This document shows, one piece after another, positions 38,001-46,427 of a DNA stretch of 64,000 nt. Source of the stretch: Chthonomonadales bacterium (GTDB taxonomy: Bacteria > Armatimonadota > Chthonomonadetes > Chthonomonadales > CAJBBX01); assembly GCA_049967475.1 (NCBI GenBank), contig JBMFSQ010000007.1, positions 79,237 through 143,236 of the forward strand. The letters run 5' to 3'. Position 1 is the first letter of the stretch. Each line of letters begins with the position of its first letter. A program made the position numbers and the translations under genes. The notes below the pieces were generated by a model, which searched no databases, was not told where the DNA came from, and was given only the letters and a program-made list of their open reading frames with translations.

Positions 38001-38271
38001 GGCGGTATGTGCGGATGAATTCCGCAAAGATGCGGCGGGGAGTGAACAGGAAGCGAGCCGCACCAGCGTCGTTCGTGCATCGCTGCCCGAGCTCCTCGTG
38101 GCTGCCTGCCTGGCTGAGGGCGACCGGCGGGTGCTGCGGATGTATTACTTGGAAGGGCTCACGGATGCCCAGGTGGGGGCTGCGTTGGGCGTCACCCAAT
38201 GGGCGGCCACCAAGAGGCGGTACCGGGCCCTCCGCCGGCTGCGCATGACGGCCAGGGCGCGCCCATTTTGA
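37915..38271 (+). pseudogene. sigma-70-family factor fragment (end of region 2 plus region 4 HTH)
   Basis: LAEGDRRVLRMYYLEGLTDAQVGAALGVTQWAATKRRYRALRRLR; in-frame stop upstream at 37873 and no RBS. Confidence 0.65.
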
Positions 38272-38285
38272 GGGCCAAGCCTGCT

Positions 38286-39407
38286 TCAGCGCGTTCCTCT
38301 TATGGGCGTTGCATGCATGGACTTGTTGGCTTCTTCAATCTCGCGGAGCTGCCATGCCCGGTCGCTGGCGGCGGTGACATTCCATTCGTCCTGCGGTGCG
38401 TAATCGAACACCCACAGGGCAGCAAGAGGAACGCCTTCCTGCCGGAGGACCTTCAGCATGTCTGAGAACTTCCGGCGTGCCTCTGGACTGGGCGGTCCCG
38501 GTACTCCGAATTCGCCTACGAAGAGGGGTTTGCCCAACTTGCGGGCTAATGCGGCGGCCTCGGGAATGCGGTTGTAATCTTCGTAGGCATGGACGCAGAG
38601 GGTGTTGATGGGGTCGGGATTGTCTTGGGCAAGCATCTGGTCGCGTTGAGCGGCATTGTCGGGCGTCCATGAGTGCTCATGCATTTGATGCCAAGCTGAG
38701 GGGCGCGGGAACGCGTTGCCGCTGACGATGATGCGTCGGGTGTCGTAGCGGCGCACTTCCCGGGCGAAGGCTGCCAATGCCGATCGAAACACTTCGTGAC
38801 TGATTTCGTCCTGTTCGGTTCGAGAGGAAGGGGTTCCGTACTGAGGAGCGACGGGCGGGCGGTGTTGGGCCGCATTGGGGAGATCGGCAGCCAGGTTGTA
38901 TTCATTGCCGAACTCCCATCCCCAAATTGCCGGTGAACGGAGGTATCGGGTAACCACCTCACGGACGTAGGTGCGCATGAACGCCCGCGTCTTGCTTTTG
39001 GGATTGCCCCACTGGTTACAGGGTTCTCCAACCAAATCCGGCACGGTGGCAAGGTTCCAAAAGAGGTCCGGGATGAGGCCCACGTGGTGGCGCTGGGCGG
39101 ATTGGATCACGCGATCCAGACGCCGGAAGTACTCGGCGCGATCTGTTCGGTACAGCCGCATGTCCGCGGGCCAAAACCCGCAGCACATGAAGCGTGCGAA
39201 GGGGATGCCGTGCGCCTGGAGTTGCCCGAAGCCGGCGTCATAGGTGTGGTCTTCGGCGTCCGTTAAGGTGCGCATGAAGGCATTGAAGTAGTTGACGCCG
39301 ATGCCCCGGAAGGGGGTTCCATCCTTCATGAGAACCCCTCGTGCCACCGTAAGCCCGGGTTGCTGGGCTGGTGAGATGGCCAGAAGCGCGGCGATCAATC
39401 CGATCAT
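38286..39407 (-). CDS. GH5-like glycoside hydrolase, exported
   Basis: FRGIGVNY, WEFGNEY (acid/base), CVHAY, FVGEFG (nucleophile). Confidence 0.85.
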   Translation of the reverse strand: MIGLIAALLAISPAQQPGLTVARGVLMKDGTPFRGIGVNYFNAFMRTLTDAEDHTYDAGFGQLQAHGIPFARFMCCGFWPADMRLYRTDRAEYFRRLDRVIQSAQRHHVGLIPDLFWNLATVPDLVGEPCNQWGNPKSKTRAFMRTYVREVVTRYLRSPAIWGWEFGNEYNLAADLPNAAQHRPPVAPQYGTPSSRTEQDEISHEVFRSALAAFAREVRRYDTRRIIVSGNAFPRPSAWHQMHEHSWTPDNAAQRDQMLAQDNPDPINTLCVHAYEDYNRIPEAAALARKLGKPLFVGEFGVPGPPSPEARRKFSDMLKVLRQEGVPLAALWVFDYAPQDEWNVTAASDRAWQLREIEEANKSMHATPIRGTR

Positions 39408-40849
39408 CAATGCGCCTCCAAGAGTGTGATGCGGCCTAATCGGTATCGGTGCCGGCCGTCGTCGCCGGCTAGCGGGAGGGCGATTTTTGGGGTGCCGTCG
39501 GCTTGTCCCACGGAGAGGTACACGTCGTATTCCCCCGGCTTCGTTGCAGGTCCGAAGAGGCCCACGGCGGCTTGAAAGTCGCTCTTGACGGGTTGTGCTT
39601 GGCCGGGAGGTGCAGGCCGAAGCCGGCGCATATCGAGACCTTCATCCACCAAGACCGACACGATGCCGCCTTCGGCGTCCTTTAGGGTGATGGCCGGGTA
39701 GCCTCCCGGGTAGCATGGTGCGACGCCTTCATTCACCCAGATTGTGCTGATGGTGAAGGGCGTCCCGATGGGGACCTTGGCGGGCCAGCTTACTTCCTGC
39801 GGTAGAAGGCGGTATCCCAGCCGGCGATTGATGCGTTCGATGACACCCCGGTTCTGCTCCAACTCTTCGCGAGGCCACCAATGGATGGAGAGATAGCTGG
39901 CGTGGTACTCCTCTACGGCTCTGAGGAGCAAAGAGCCGTCTCCCCAGGCGCCTCTCTGTTTGGAAGCGCCATAGTGTTCGTGTTCGAGGATTACGGGGTA
40001 GCGGGGCCAGAAGGCCTGGGCAAGCTGGGCATGGTACCACGAATGGGGCGGAGGCTGGACCAGGATGCTGTCATCGCGGAGGGTTACGCCTTTCGCAAGA
40101 GCGTAGTCCGTTTCGGGCAGATGAGCGCCGGGTGTGGTCGGTCCTGCCAGGTCGTCATTGGCGGCCAAGAGGGTGTGCGGGAAGTGCTTTACGTAGAGGT
40201 CAATATGCTTCTCGATGATTGGGCGGGCTCTCTCGGGCGGCACCTGGCTACTCATCAGAGTATGGCCTTCGCCCCAAAGGCCGTAGGAGCCGATGTCTAT
40301 GAACGCCACATTCGGGTTGCCGTCGTACCGGGCGGCCATGGCTGCGAGAAAATGATCCAGCTTTTCGAGGAATATCGGGTCTCCGAAGTCGGGATCCCAT
40401 GAGGCGCCATTGGCGTCGGGACCTTTGCCGAAGGTGTAGAAGGTGCCTTTGGCGCCGGCGTTTTTGACCCACTCCGGTGTAGCATAGCGCATCCAGTTCT
40501 CCGAACAGGTGATGCGCAAGGCGATCTTCTTGCCTTTGCTGATCCACCGCTGGGCGGGCGTATCCAGGATTGCCCAATTGAAGCGGCCCTCCTCGGGTTC
40601 TACGTACGCCCATGGGATGCGCAGGTATACCGTGGAGAGGCCGGGAAAATCATCCAAAGTGTCCCACGGGGCCAGCTTGGAGCCGTAGTTTGTTGGGATG
40701 TTGGAGTAGAAGTGGAAAGTCCAGCCCATTTGTGGGTTGACGAGGGGCTGGCCGTTGTCGGACAGATGAACGACGATACGGTCCTGCCGGCCGAGGTCTG
40801 CAGGGCACGACGTTGCGAATAGGAGCGCAGCCAGAAGCATCACAGTCAC
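39407..40849 (-). CDS. DUF4832-containing GH-like exported protein
   Basis: NPQMGW, YLRIPWAYVEPEEG.FNW, RYDGNP, GSYGLWGEGH, RLGYRL, NEGVAPCY. Confidence 0.8.
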   Translation of the reverse strand: MTVMLLAALLFATSCPADLGRQDRIVVHLSDNGQPLVNPQMGWTFHFYSNIPTNYGSKLAPWDTLDDFPGLSTVYLRIPWAYVEPEEGRFNWAILDTPAQRWISKGKKIALRITCSENWMRYATPEWVKNAGAKGTFYTFGKGPDANGASWDPDFGDPIFLEKLDHFLAAMAARYDGNPNVAFIDIGSYGLWGEGHTLMSSQVPPERARPIIEKHIDLYVKHFPHTLLAANDDLAGPTTPGAHLPETDYALAKGVTLRDDSILVQPPPHSWYHAQLAQAFWPRYPVILEHEHYGASKQRGAWGDGSLLLRAVEEYHASYLSIHWWPREELEQNRGVIERINRRLGYRLLPQEVSWPAKVPIGTPFTISTIWVNEGVAPCYPGGYPAITLKDAEGGIVSVLVDEGLDMRRLRPAPPGQAQPVKSDFQAAVGLFGPATKPGEYDVYLSVGQADGTPKIALPLAGDDGRHRYRLGRITLLEAH

Positions 40850-40866
40850 TGTTCCTCCAGCGGCAG

Positions 40867-41922
40867 TCAGTAGCTGCCCAGTTCTTTTGCAAGGTTCACG
40901 ATGTGCCGAAAGTTCTCGAGGCTCACGCTGCTGGGCACGGAATGGTCCGACGAAAAGATATACCCTCCATGCTCTTTGAGGATCGGGAGGACACGCCGGA
41001 TTTCGGCCTCGATGGCGTCGCGATCATCCCAAAGGACGGCATTGATGCCGCCATGGAGCAGAAGGCGGTGGCCGAAGGACTGCTTCAGTTCCACGGGATC
41101 CATACCCGCTTTTACTTCGAGGGGATTGAGGGCATCGAGGCCCATTTCCACCAAGTCGGGTACAAACGAGCGCACATAGCCGCAGGAATGGAGGTGCGCC
41201 TTGATGCCGTGGGCATGAGCCCAATCTATGGCCCGCTGTTGGGCAGGGCGCAGGAGTTCCCGGTAGGTCTTTAGCGAGAAGAAGGGTTTGTGCTTGTAAC
41301 CCATATCGTCCCACCAGAAGAGGGCGTCGAAGGTATAACCTGCCTGCCAAACGCGCTCCAGGAGTGCGAGGCTCACGTCGCAGGCATGATCGAACATCTC
41401 CTTGCACCATTCGGGCTGCTCATGGAGCGCCTGAAGGAGATCCGTCATATCTACGAAGGCATGGGTAGCGTCGAAGCCGAACCATGCATATCCCTGGATC
41501 CAAGCTCCCTGGCGGCGCCACTGAGGGTAGTTCGTTTTGAGGTAATCCCACGGGATGCGGTCGTCTGAAGGGACCATGCGTTCCTTCGCTGCACGCCATG
41601 TGTCCGGATCGCGGATGGTGAAGTCCAGATACTGGGGAACAGAAGCACTGTGCCGCCAATTCTTCATGGTGACGCCCCAGGCATCTTTGTGGATGATGTA
41701 TTCGTCCGTTTGCTCGAGGATGCCTCCAGGGTATCGCGGGCTGTTGTCTACGCTGATGCCGGCTACCCTGTCCAGCCCGAAGTAGTCGCGGAAGTCCACG
41801 CCTTCGGGCATCCCCTCGCGGTGCCAACGTTCGATGGTAGATGGCCAGGGATCGTCTATGATGGGGACGCGGTCCGCTTCTTTATGGGCAAACATACGTG
41901 CGAAGCGTTCTCGGCTTGTCAT
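40867..41922 (-). CDS. uroporphyrinogen decarboxylase/MtaA-superfamily protein of unknown function
   Basis: MTSRERF...DRVP, DAWGV, DDMG, HSCG, LNPLE, GGYIFSSDHSVP. Confidence 0.88.
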   Translation of the reverse strand: MTSRERFARMFAHKEADRVPIIDDPWPSTIERWHREGMPEGVDFRDYFGLDRVAGISVDNSPRYPGGILEQTDEYIIHKDAWGVTMKNWRHSASVPQYLDFTIRDPDTWRAAKERMVPSDDRIPWDYLKTNYPQWRRQGAWIQGYAWFGFDATHAFVDMTDLLQALHEQPEWCKEMFDHACDVSLALLERVWQAGYTFDALFWWDDMGYKHKPFFSLKTYRELLRPAQQRAIDWAHAHGIKAHLHSCGYVRSFVPDLVEMGLDALNPLEVKAGMDPVELKQSFGHRLLLHGGINAVLWDDRDAIEAEIRRVLPILKEHGGYIFSSDHSVPSSVSLENFRHIVNLAKELGSY

Positions 41923-41959
41923 GGTGTCCTCCTTCGGCCGCATGTGCCTTGCGGGTGTG

Positions 41960-43063
41960 TTACGGGCTTCCGCCGGATCCCGGCACGTTGATGGGCTCTC
42001 CTGCTTTGATCCATTCTTCGTCGAAGATTGCGTGGTTCACGACGGTGCGTTCATGGGAGGTATAGACCACGTGGATCTTGCCGTCGCGGGCTTGGATGGC
42101 GAAGGGGTAGGCGTAATCGAAGGGGCCCGTGGCTATGTTCCTGCGGTAGGACCAGGTGCGTTCGCCATCTGTGGAAAGGGCCACGGTAAGGGGCGTGCGG
42201 TCGTTCATGTTGTCGTTATAGATGAGCACGATGTGTCCGTTCCTCAAGCGGAGGAGATCCACGGCAGCATTGGGGTTCGGAAAGGAAGTGTCGCGCCCCT
42301 CCTCCCATGTATGCCCGCCGTCGTGGGAGGCCGAGCGCACGATGTATCCGTCGGTAACCGGTTCATATCCCCCGCCGCGCCGGCAATAGGCTACGAGGGT
42401 GTCATGATCAAGCTGGATGACCGCGGGTTGGATGTTCCCTTTTGGGGAGCGGATCTCGCCGCTGGCCTTCCATTCTTTCATGGGCGCCCGGGGATCCAGG
42501 CGCAGAAAGCGCGATGTGCTGTCGGCGCCAACCCAATCAGGATTGTGTCCTGTTTCGTGGTAAATGGGCAGTAGGTATTCGCCGGTGTCCAGCACGATGG
42601 GGCGTCCCCGCACCATCGTTCCCGGCTCTTCCGTGATGACGAAGCTGTCGGACCAGGTGCGGGCGCCATCCTGAGACACCTTTGCCTGGATGCGAGAGGA
42701 GGACCAGGTGCTGCCCCATCGGACGACGTAGAAGAGCCAAACCGTGCCGTCGGGAGCTTGCCATACAACGCCGTTCCCCACGGACCGGAAGGGATCATGC
42801 GCGATGAGGCGTGGAGCAGACCATGACCGGGTGCGCCTATTCCATCGAGCGCCGAATACGCCGGTGTCCACGGCATATTCGCCGGTGCCGCCGTAGTAAA
42901 CAAGGTATAGATCGCCGTTGGCCAGCTCGGTGATGGAAGCAGGGTGCTTGTACCGCCCCGTGGGGGTTTCTGGGCCGAATACGCGCTCGATGCGCAAGGA
43001 TCCGGCTGGAAGGTACCGCGCATGGGCGGGCGTCATGGCTGTGATGAGCATCATTAGGGGCAT
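41960..43063 (-). CDS. BNR/Asp-box sialidase-like protein
   Basis: HPASITELANGDL; Asp boxes SQDGARTW, SHDGGHTW, STDGERTW; PNPNA; YAYP; start uncertain. Confidence 0.85.
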   Translation of the reverse strand: MPLMMLITAMTPAHARYLPAGSLRIERVFGPETPTGRYKHPASITELANGDLYLVYYGGTGEYAVDTGVFGARWNRRTRSWSAPRLIAHDPFRSVGNGVVWQAPDGTVWLFYVVRWGSTWSSSRIQAKVSQDGARTWSDSFVITEEPGTMVRGRPIVLDTGEYLLPIYHETGHNPDWVGADSTSRFLRLDPRAPMKEWKASGEIRSPKGNIQPAVIQLDHDTLVAYCRRGGGYEPVTDGYIVRSASHDGGHTWEEGRDTSFPNPNAAVDLLRLRNGHIVLIYNDNMNDRTPLTVALSTDGERTWSYRRNIATGPFDYAYPFAIQARDGKIHVVYTSHERTVVNHAIFDEEWIKAGEPINVPGSGGSP

Positions 43064-43192
43064 CCTCCACAACGGTGTCTGTGGGCTCGCATTGCGGGCC
43101 AACGGTGATTTACGGATGAGGATGGCCCGTTCCTTCTCGTATGGTAAAAAGGATGGAATATGCATCGCGTCCATGAAGCATGAACGAGAGCC

Positions 43193-44419
43193 ATGTCGGG
43201 GAAGAAGAAGGCGAATATAACCAGGCGGAATGGCGGGGTGAGCGCGGCTGCGAAGCCCGTGGTCGTGTTCGGCGATCATGATGAAGACACACTGAAGCAG
43301 ATTGATCGGAGTGTGCGGCACGATGCCGCTGTTCAGGGTGTGCTTTGCGCCGACGGCCACAAGGGGTACGCCGTGCCCATCGGTGGGGTGATCGCCTATG
43401 AAGGCCATATCAGTCCTTCGGGCGTAGGTTTCGACATCGCATGCGGCAACAAGGCTGTGCTTACGGATGCCGACGCTTCCGAGGTTCACGCCAATATCTC
43501 CAAGATCATGGACGATGTCTGGAAGACGCTCTCGTTCGGCATCGGCCTCAACAACAACGAACGCGTGGACCATGAGCTCTTCGACGACCCCGTTTGGAAG
43601 ATAGAACCCATGCGTTCTCTTAAGGAAATGGCGCGCAAGCAGCTCGGCACGATCGGCAGCGGGAACCATTACGTGGACCTGCTGGAGGACGAGGAGGGCC
43701 GCATCTGGATCGGGGTTCATTTCGGTTCCCGCGGCTTGGGTTACAAGACGGCGAGCTTCTTCCTTAAGGCCGGTGGGGCGAAGGATGGGATGGATGTGGA
43801 GCCCCTGGTATTGCCCGTGGACAGCCCGCTCGGGCAGGACTATATCGCCTGCATGCAGCTTGCCGGGCGTTATGCCTATGCCGGGCGGGACTGGGTCTGC
43901 CAGCGTGTGGCGAAGATCCTCGGAGCCCGCATCGTGGACGAAGTGCACAATCACCACAATTTTGCGTGGCGCGAGAAGCATGGCGGCCGGGATCTGTGGG
44001 TTGTGCGCAAGGGGGCTACACCGGCGTTCCCCGGCCAAAAGAGCTTCGTAGGCGGCTCCATGGGCGACATCTCGGTGATCCTGGAGGGGGTGGAGAGTGA
44101 GGAGGCCCGCCAGGCGCTGTACTCCACCGTCCATGGAGCAGGGCGGGTAATGAGCCGCACCGAGGCGCGGGGAAAGGTAGATCGTCGGAGCGGCCGCGTC
44201 GTCCATCCGGGCCGCATCAGTCGTGAGATGATGCTGCAATGGGTCCGGGAGAAGGGTGTGGAGCTTCGAGGAGCAGGAACCGATGAGTCGCCTCATTGCT
44301 ACAAACGCCTCCCGGACGTGCTTCGGGCGCACGCCGGAACGGTTCGCATCCTTCACACCCTTCGGCCCATCGGCGTCGCCATGGCCGGAGAGGATGTGTT
44401 CGACCCGTATAAGGATTGA
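43193..44419 (+). CDS. rtcB: RtcB RNA ligase
   Basis: DGHKGYAVPIG, VGFDIACG, GSGNHY, HFGSRG, HNHHN, RKGATPA, HGAGR, DESPHCYK. Confidence 0.96.
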   Translation: MSGKKKANITRRNGGVSAAAKPVVVFGDHDEDTLKQIDRSVRHDAAVQGVLCADGHKGYAVPIGGVIAYEGHISPSGVGFDIACGNKAVLTDADASEVHANISKIMDDVWKTLSFGIGLNNNERVDHELFDDPVWKIEPMRSLKEMARKQLGTIGSGNHYVDLLEDEEGRIWIGVHFGSRGLGYKTASFFLKAGGAKDGMDVEPLVLPVDSPLGQDYIACMQLAGRYAYAGRDWVCQRVAKILGARIVDEVHNHHNFAWREKHGGRDLWVVRKGATPAFPGQKSFVGGSMGDISVILEGVESEEARQALYSTVHGAGRVMSRTEARGKVDRRSGRVVHPGRISREMMLQWVREKGVELRGAGTDESPHCYKRLPDVLRAHAGTVRILHTLRPIGVAMAGEDVFDPYKD

Positions 44420-44479
44420 CCCTGCGCTGCGGCACGCTTCTGGTGCAATGCAAAACCGCGGGGCCTAGAAAGGAGGCGG

Positions 44480-45262
44480 GTGATGCCTAATGCTCTACGG
44501 CAGTTCACCGTAGATCGGCTTCATGTTCGCGTGTATCCGGACCGGGAGAGCATGGGTGCAGCGGTCGCGTCCGACGTGGCGTTCGCCCTCAAAACCCTTC
44601 AAGAGCATCAGGCGTGGGTGCGCATGGTGTTTGCGGCGGCTCCCTCTCAGAATGAGTTCCTGGCGGCACTGGCCCGGGAGAAGGGCATCGAATGGCAGAG
44701 GGTCGCGGCGTTCCATATGGATGAATATGTGGGACTGCCTCCCGGCTCATCTCAGCTCTTTCGGAAGTATCTCCGCGCGCATCTCTTCGATAAGGTGCAG
44801 CCGGGAGCTGTCCATTATATAGGATTGGGCGCGGATGCCGCAGCCGAGGCCGAGCGCTATGCGGAGCTGGTGGAAGAGGCCCCTATTGATATCGTTTGCC
44901 TCGGCATCGGGGAGAACGGCCACATCGCGTTCAACGATCCTGCTGTCGCTGATTTCTGCGATCCCTTGACCGCCAAGGTCGTGGATCTGGACGAGGAGTG
45001 CCGCGCGCAGCAGGTGCATGACGGCTGCTTTGCCTCGCTGGAGGATGTACCCCGGCAGGCGATTACCCTTACAATTCCTGCGCTTATGAGCGGCCGAAGG
45101 CTCTTTTGCACGGTTCCGGGGTCGGCGAAGCGCAAGGCGGTGCTTCGGACCTTGCGGGGGCCCATCACGACAAGTTGCCCCGCATCCATACTGCGTACGC
45201 ATCCTGATTGCACGCTCTACCTGGATGCAGCATCGGCTGAGGATGTGACGGGATGCATTTGA
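44480..45262 (+). CDS. nagB: glucosamine-6-phosphate deaminase
   Basis: AAAPSQ, FHMDEY, GIGENGHIAFNDP, CPASILRTH. Confidence 0.88.
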   Translation: MMPNALRQFTVDRLHVRVYPDRESMGAAVASDVAFALKTLQEHQAWVRMVFAAAPSQNEFLAALAREKGIEWQRVAAFHMDEYVGLPPGSSQLFRKYLRAHLFDKVQPGAVHYIGLGADAAAEAERYAELVEEAPIDIVCLGIGENGHIAFNDPAVADFCDPLTAKVVDLDEECRAQQVHDGCFASLEDVPRQAITLTIPALMSGRRLFCTVPGSAKRKAVLRTLRGPITTSCPASILRTHPDCTLYLDAASAEDVTGCI

Positions 45263-46410
45263 CGGCGCGCCACTACGCTACAGGGCGGCCCGTGCATTTG
45301 GAGATCGAGGCCGGCGTAATCTCCGCCATTGAGGAGGTTGCTGCAGCGCCTGAGTACCTTATGTGGGTTGCGCCGGGGCTGGTAGATCTGCAGGTGAATG
45401 GCTTCGGCGGGCACGACTTTACGTGTGCCGGGGACGGAACGACGGCCCATGTGGTGAAGGCGCTGGTGCAGCGCGGCGTGACTACGATACTCCCGACGGT
45501 GATTACCTCGCCTGTTTCGTCCATCCGGCGGGCACTATCGGCGATTGCGGCGGAGTGTCGCGGGGACGGGATGCTATCCTCTGCTGTGGCGGGCATTCAT
45601 TTGGAAGGGCCGTTCATTTCTCCGCAGAGCGGTGCCCGGGGCGCACATCCGCGCCGATACGTGCGTGCTCCGGATTGGGACCTTTACCGGCAGTGGCAGC
45701 ACGCAGCTTGCGGCATGATCCGGCTGGTGACCCTTGCCCCGGAATGGACCGATGCACCGGCGTTCATTTGCAAACTGCGCAGGGCCGGTGTCCGTGTGGC
45801 AATCGGTCACACGAATGCATCCACGATGCAGATTGCTGCGGCTGTGGATGCCGGAGCCCGCCTCTCGACGCATCTGGGTAACGGCTGCGCGCCTCTGCTG
45901 CCCAGGCATCCGAACATTCTGTGGGATCAACTGGCCGAAGATCGTCTGTGGGCCAGCTTCATTGCGGATGGCTTCCACCTGCCTGCCGCTGTGGTAAAGA
46001 GCATTCTGCGGGTCAAAGGTCGGAGGACGTTTTTGGTGAGCGACGTGAGCCCATTAGCCGGGCTCGAGCCGGGGCCCTACCAAACTGCTGCCGGTCAGAG
46101 GGTGGAACTCACTTCATCGGGGGCGCTGAGGTTGGCATCGGAGAAGCCGCACGCGTCATCAGGGCTTCTTGCCGGTTCCGCACGGACGCTTCTAGACGGC
46201 GTGGAACAACTGATGCGGTGGCGTCTGGCTTCTCTCCATACGGCTTGGGATCTTGCTTCGGTGCGGCCTGCCCGCTTCCTTCGGTTGCCGCAAGCAGCAG
46301 GACTGCGGCCGGGAGCGCCTGCGGACCTGGTTCTGTTCGAACTCGCGGCAACTGGCGTCCGGATACGGCGGGTGTACAAAGCCGGGGTGCCCGTGTGGGA
46401 AACATCCTAA
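45253..46410 (+). CDS. nagA: N-acetylglucosamine-6-phosphate deacetylase
   Basis: PGLVDLQVNG, HLEGPF, GAH, TLAPE, GHT, THLGN, DGFH, LAGS. Confidence 0.92.
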   Translation: MHLTARHYATGRPVHLEIEAGVISAIEEVAAAPEYLMWVAPGLVDLQVNGFGGHDFTCAGDGTTAHVVKALVQRGVTTILPTVITSPVSSIRRALSAIAAECRGDGMLSSAVAGIHLEGPFISPQSGARGAHPRRYVRAPDWDLYRQWQHAACGMIRLVTLAPEWTDAPAFICKLRRAGVRVAIGHTNASTMQIAAAVDAGARLSTHLGNGCAPLLPRHPNILWDQLAEDRLWASFIADGFHLPAAVVKSILRVKGRRTFLVSDVSPLAGLEPGPYQTAAGQRVELTSSGALRLASEKPHASSGLLAGSARTLLDGVEQLMRWRLASLHTAWDLASVRPARFLRLPQAAGLRPGAPADLVLFELAATGVRIRRVYKAGVPVWETS

Positions 46411-46427
46411 GGGCACTTGCCGTTACT

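Noticed and set aside
41960..44356. 798-aa minus-strand ORF spanning rtcB
   Set aside because: Only the last ~370 aa (BNR sialidase-like) look real; the rest is the stop-free antisense shadow of rtcB, common in GC-rich DNA
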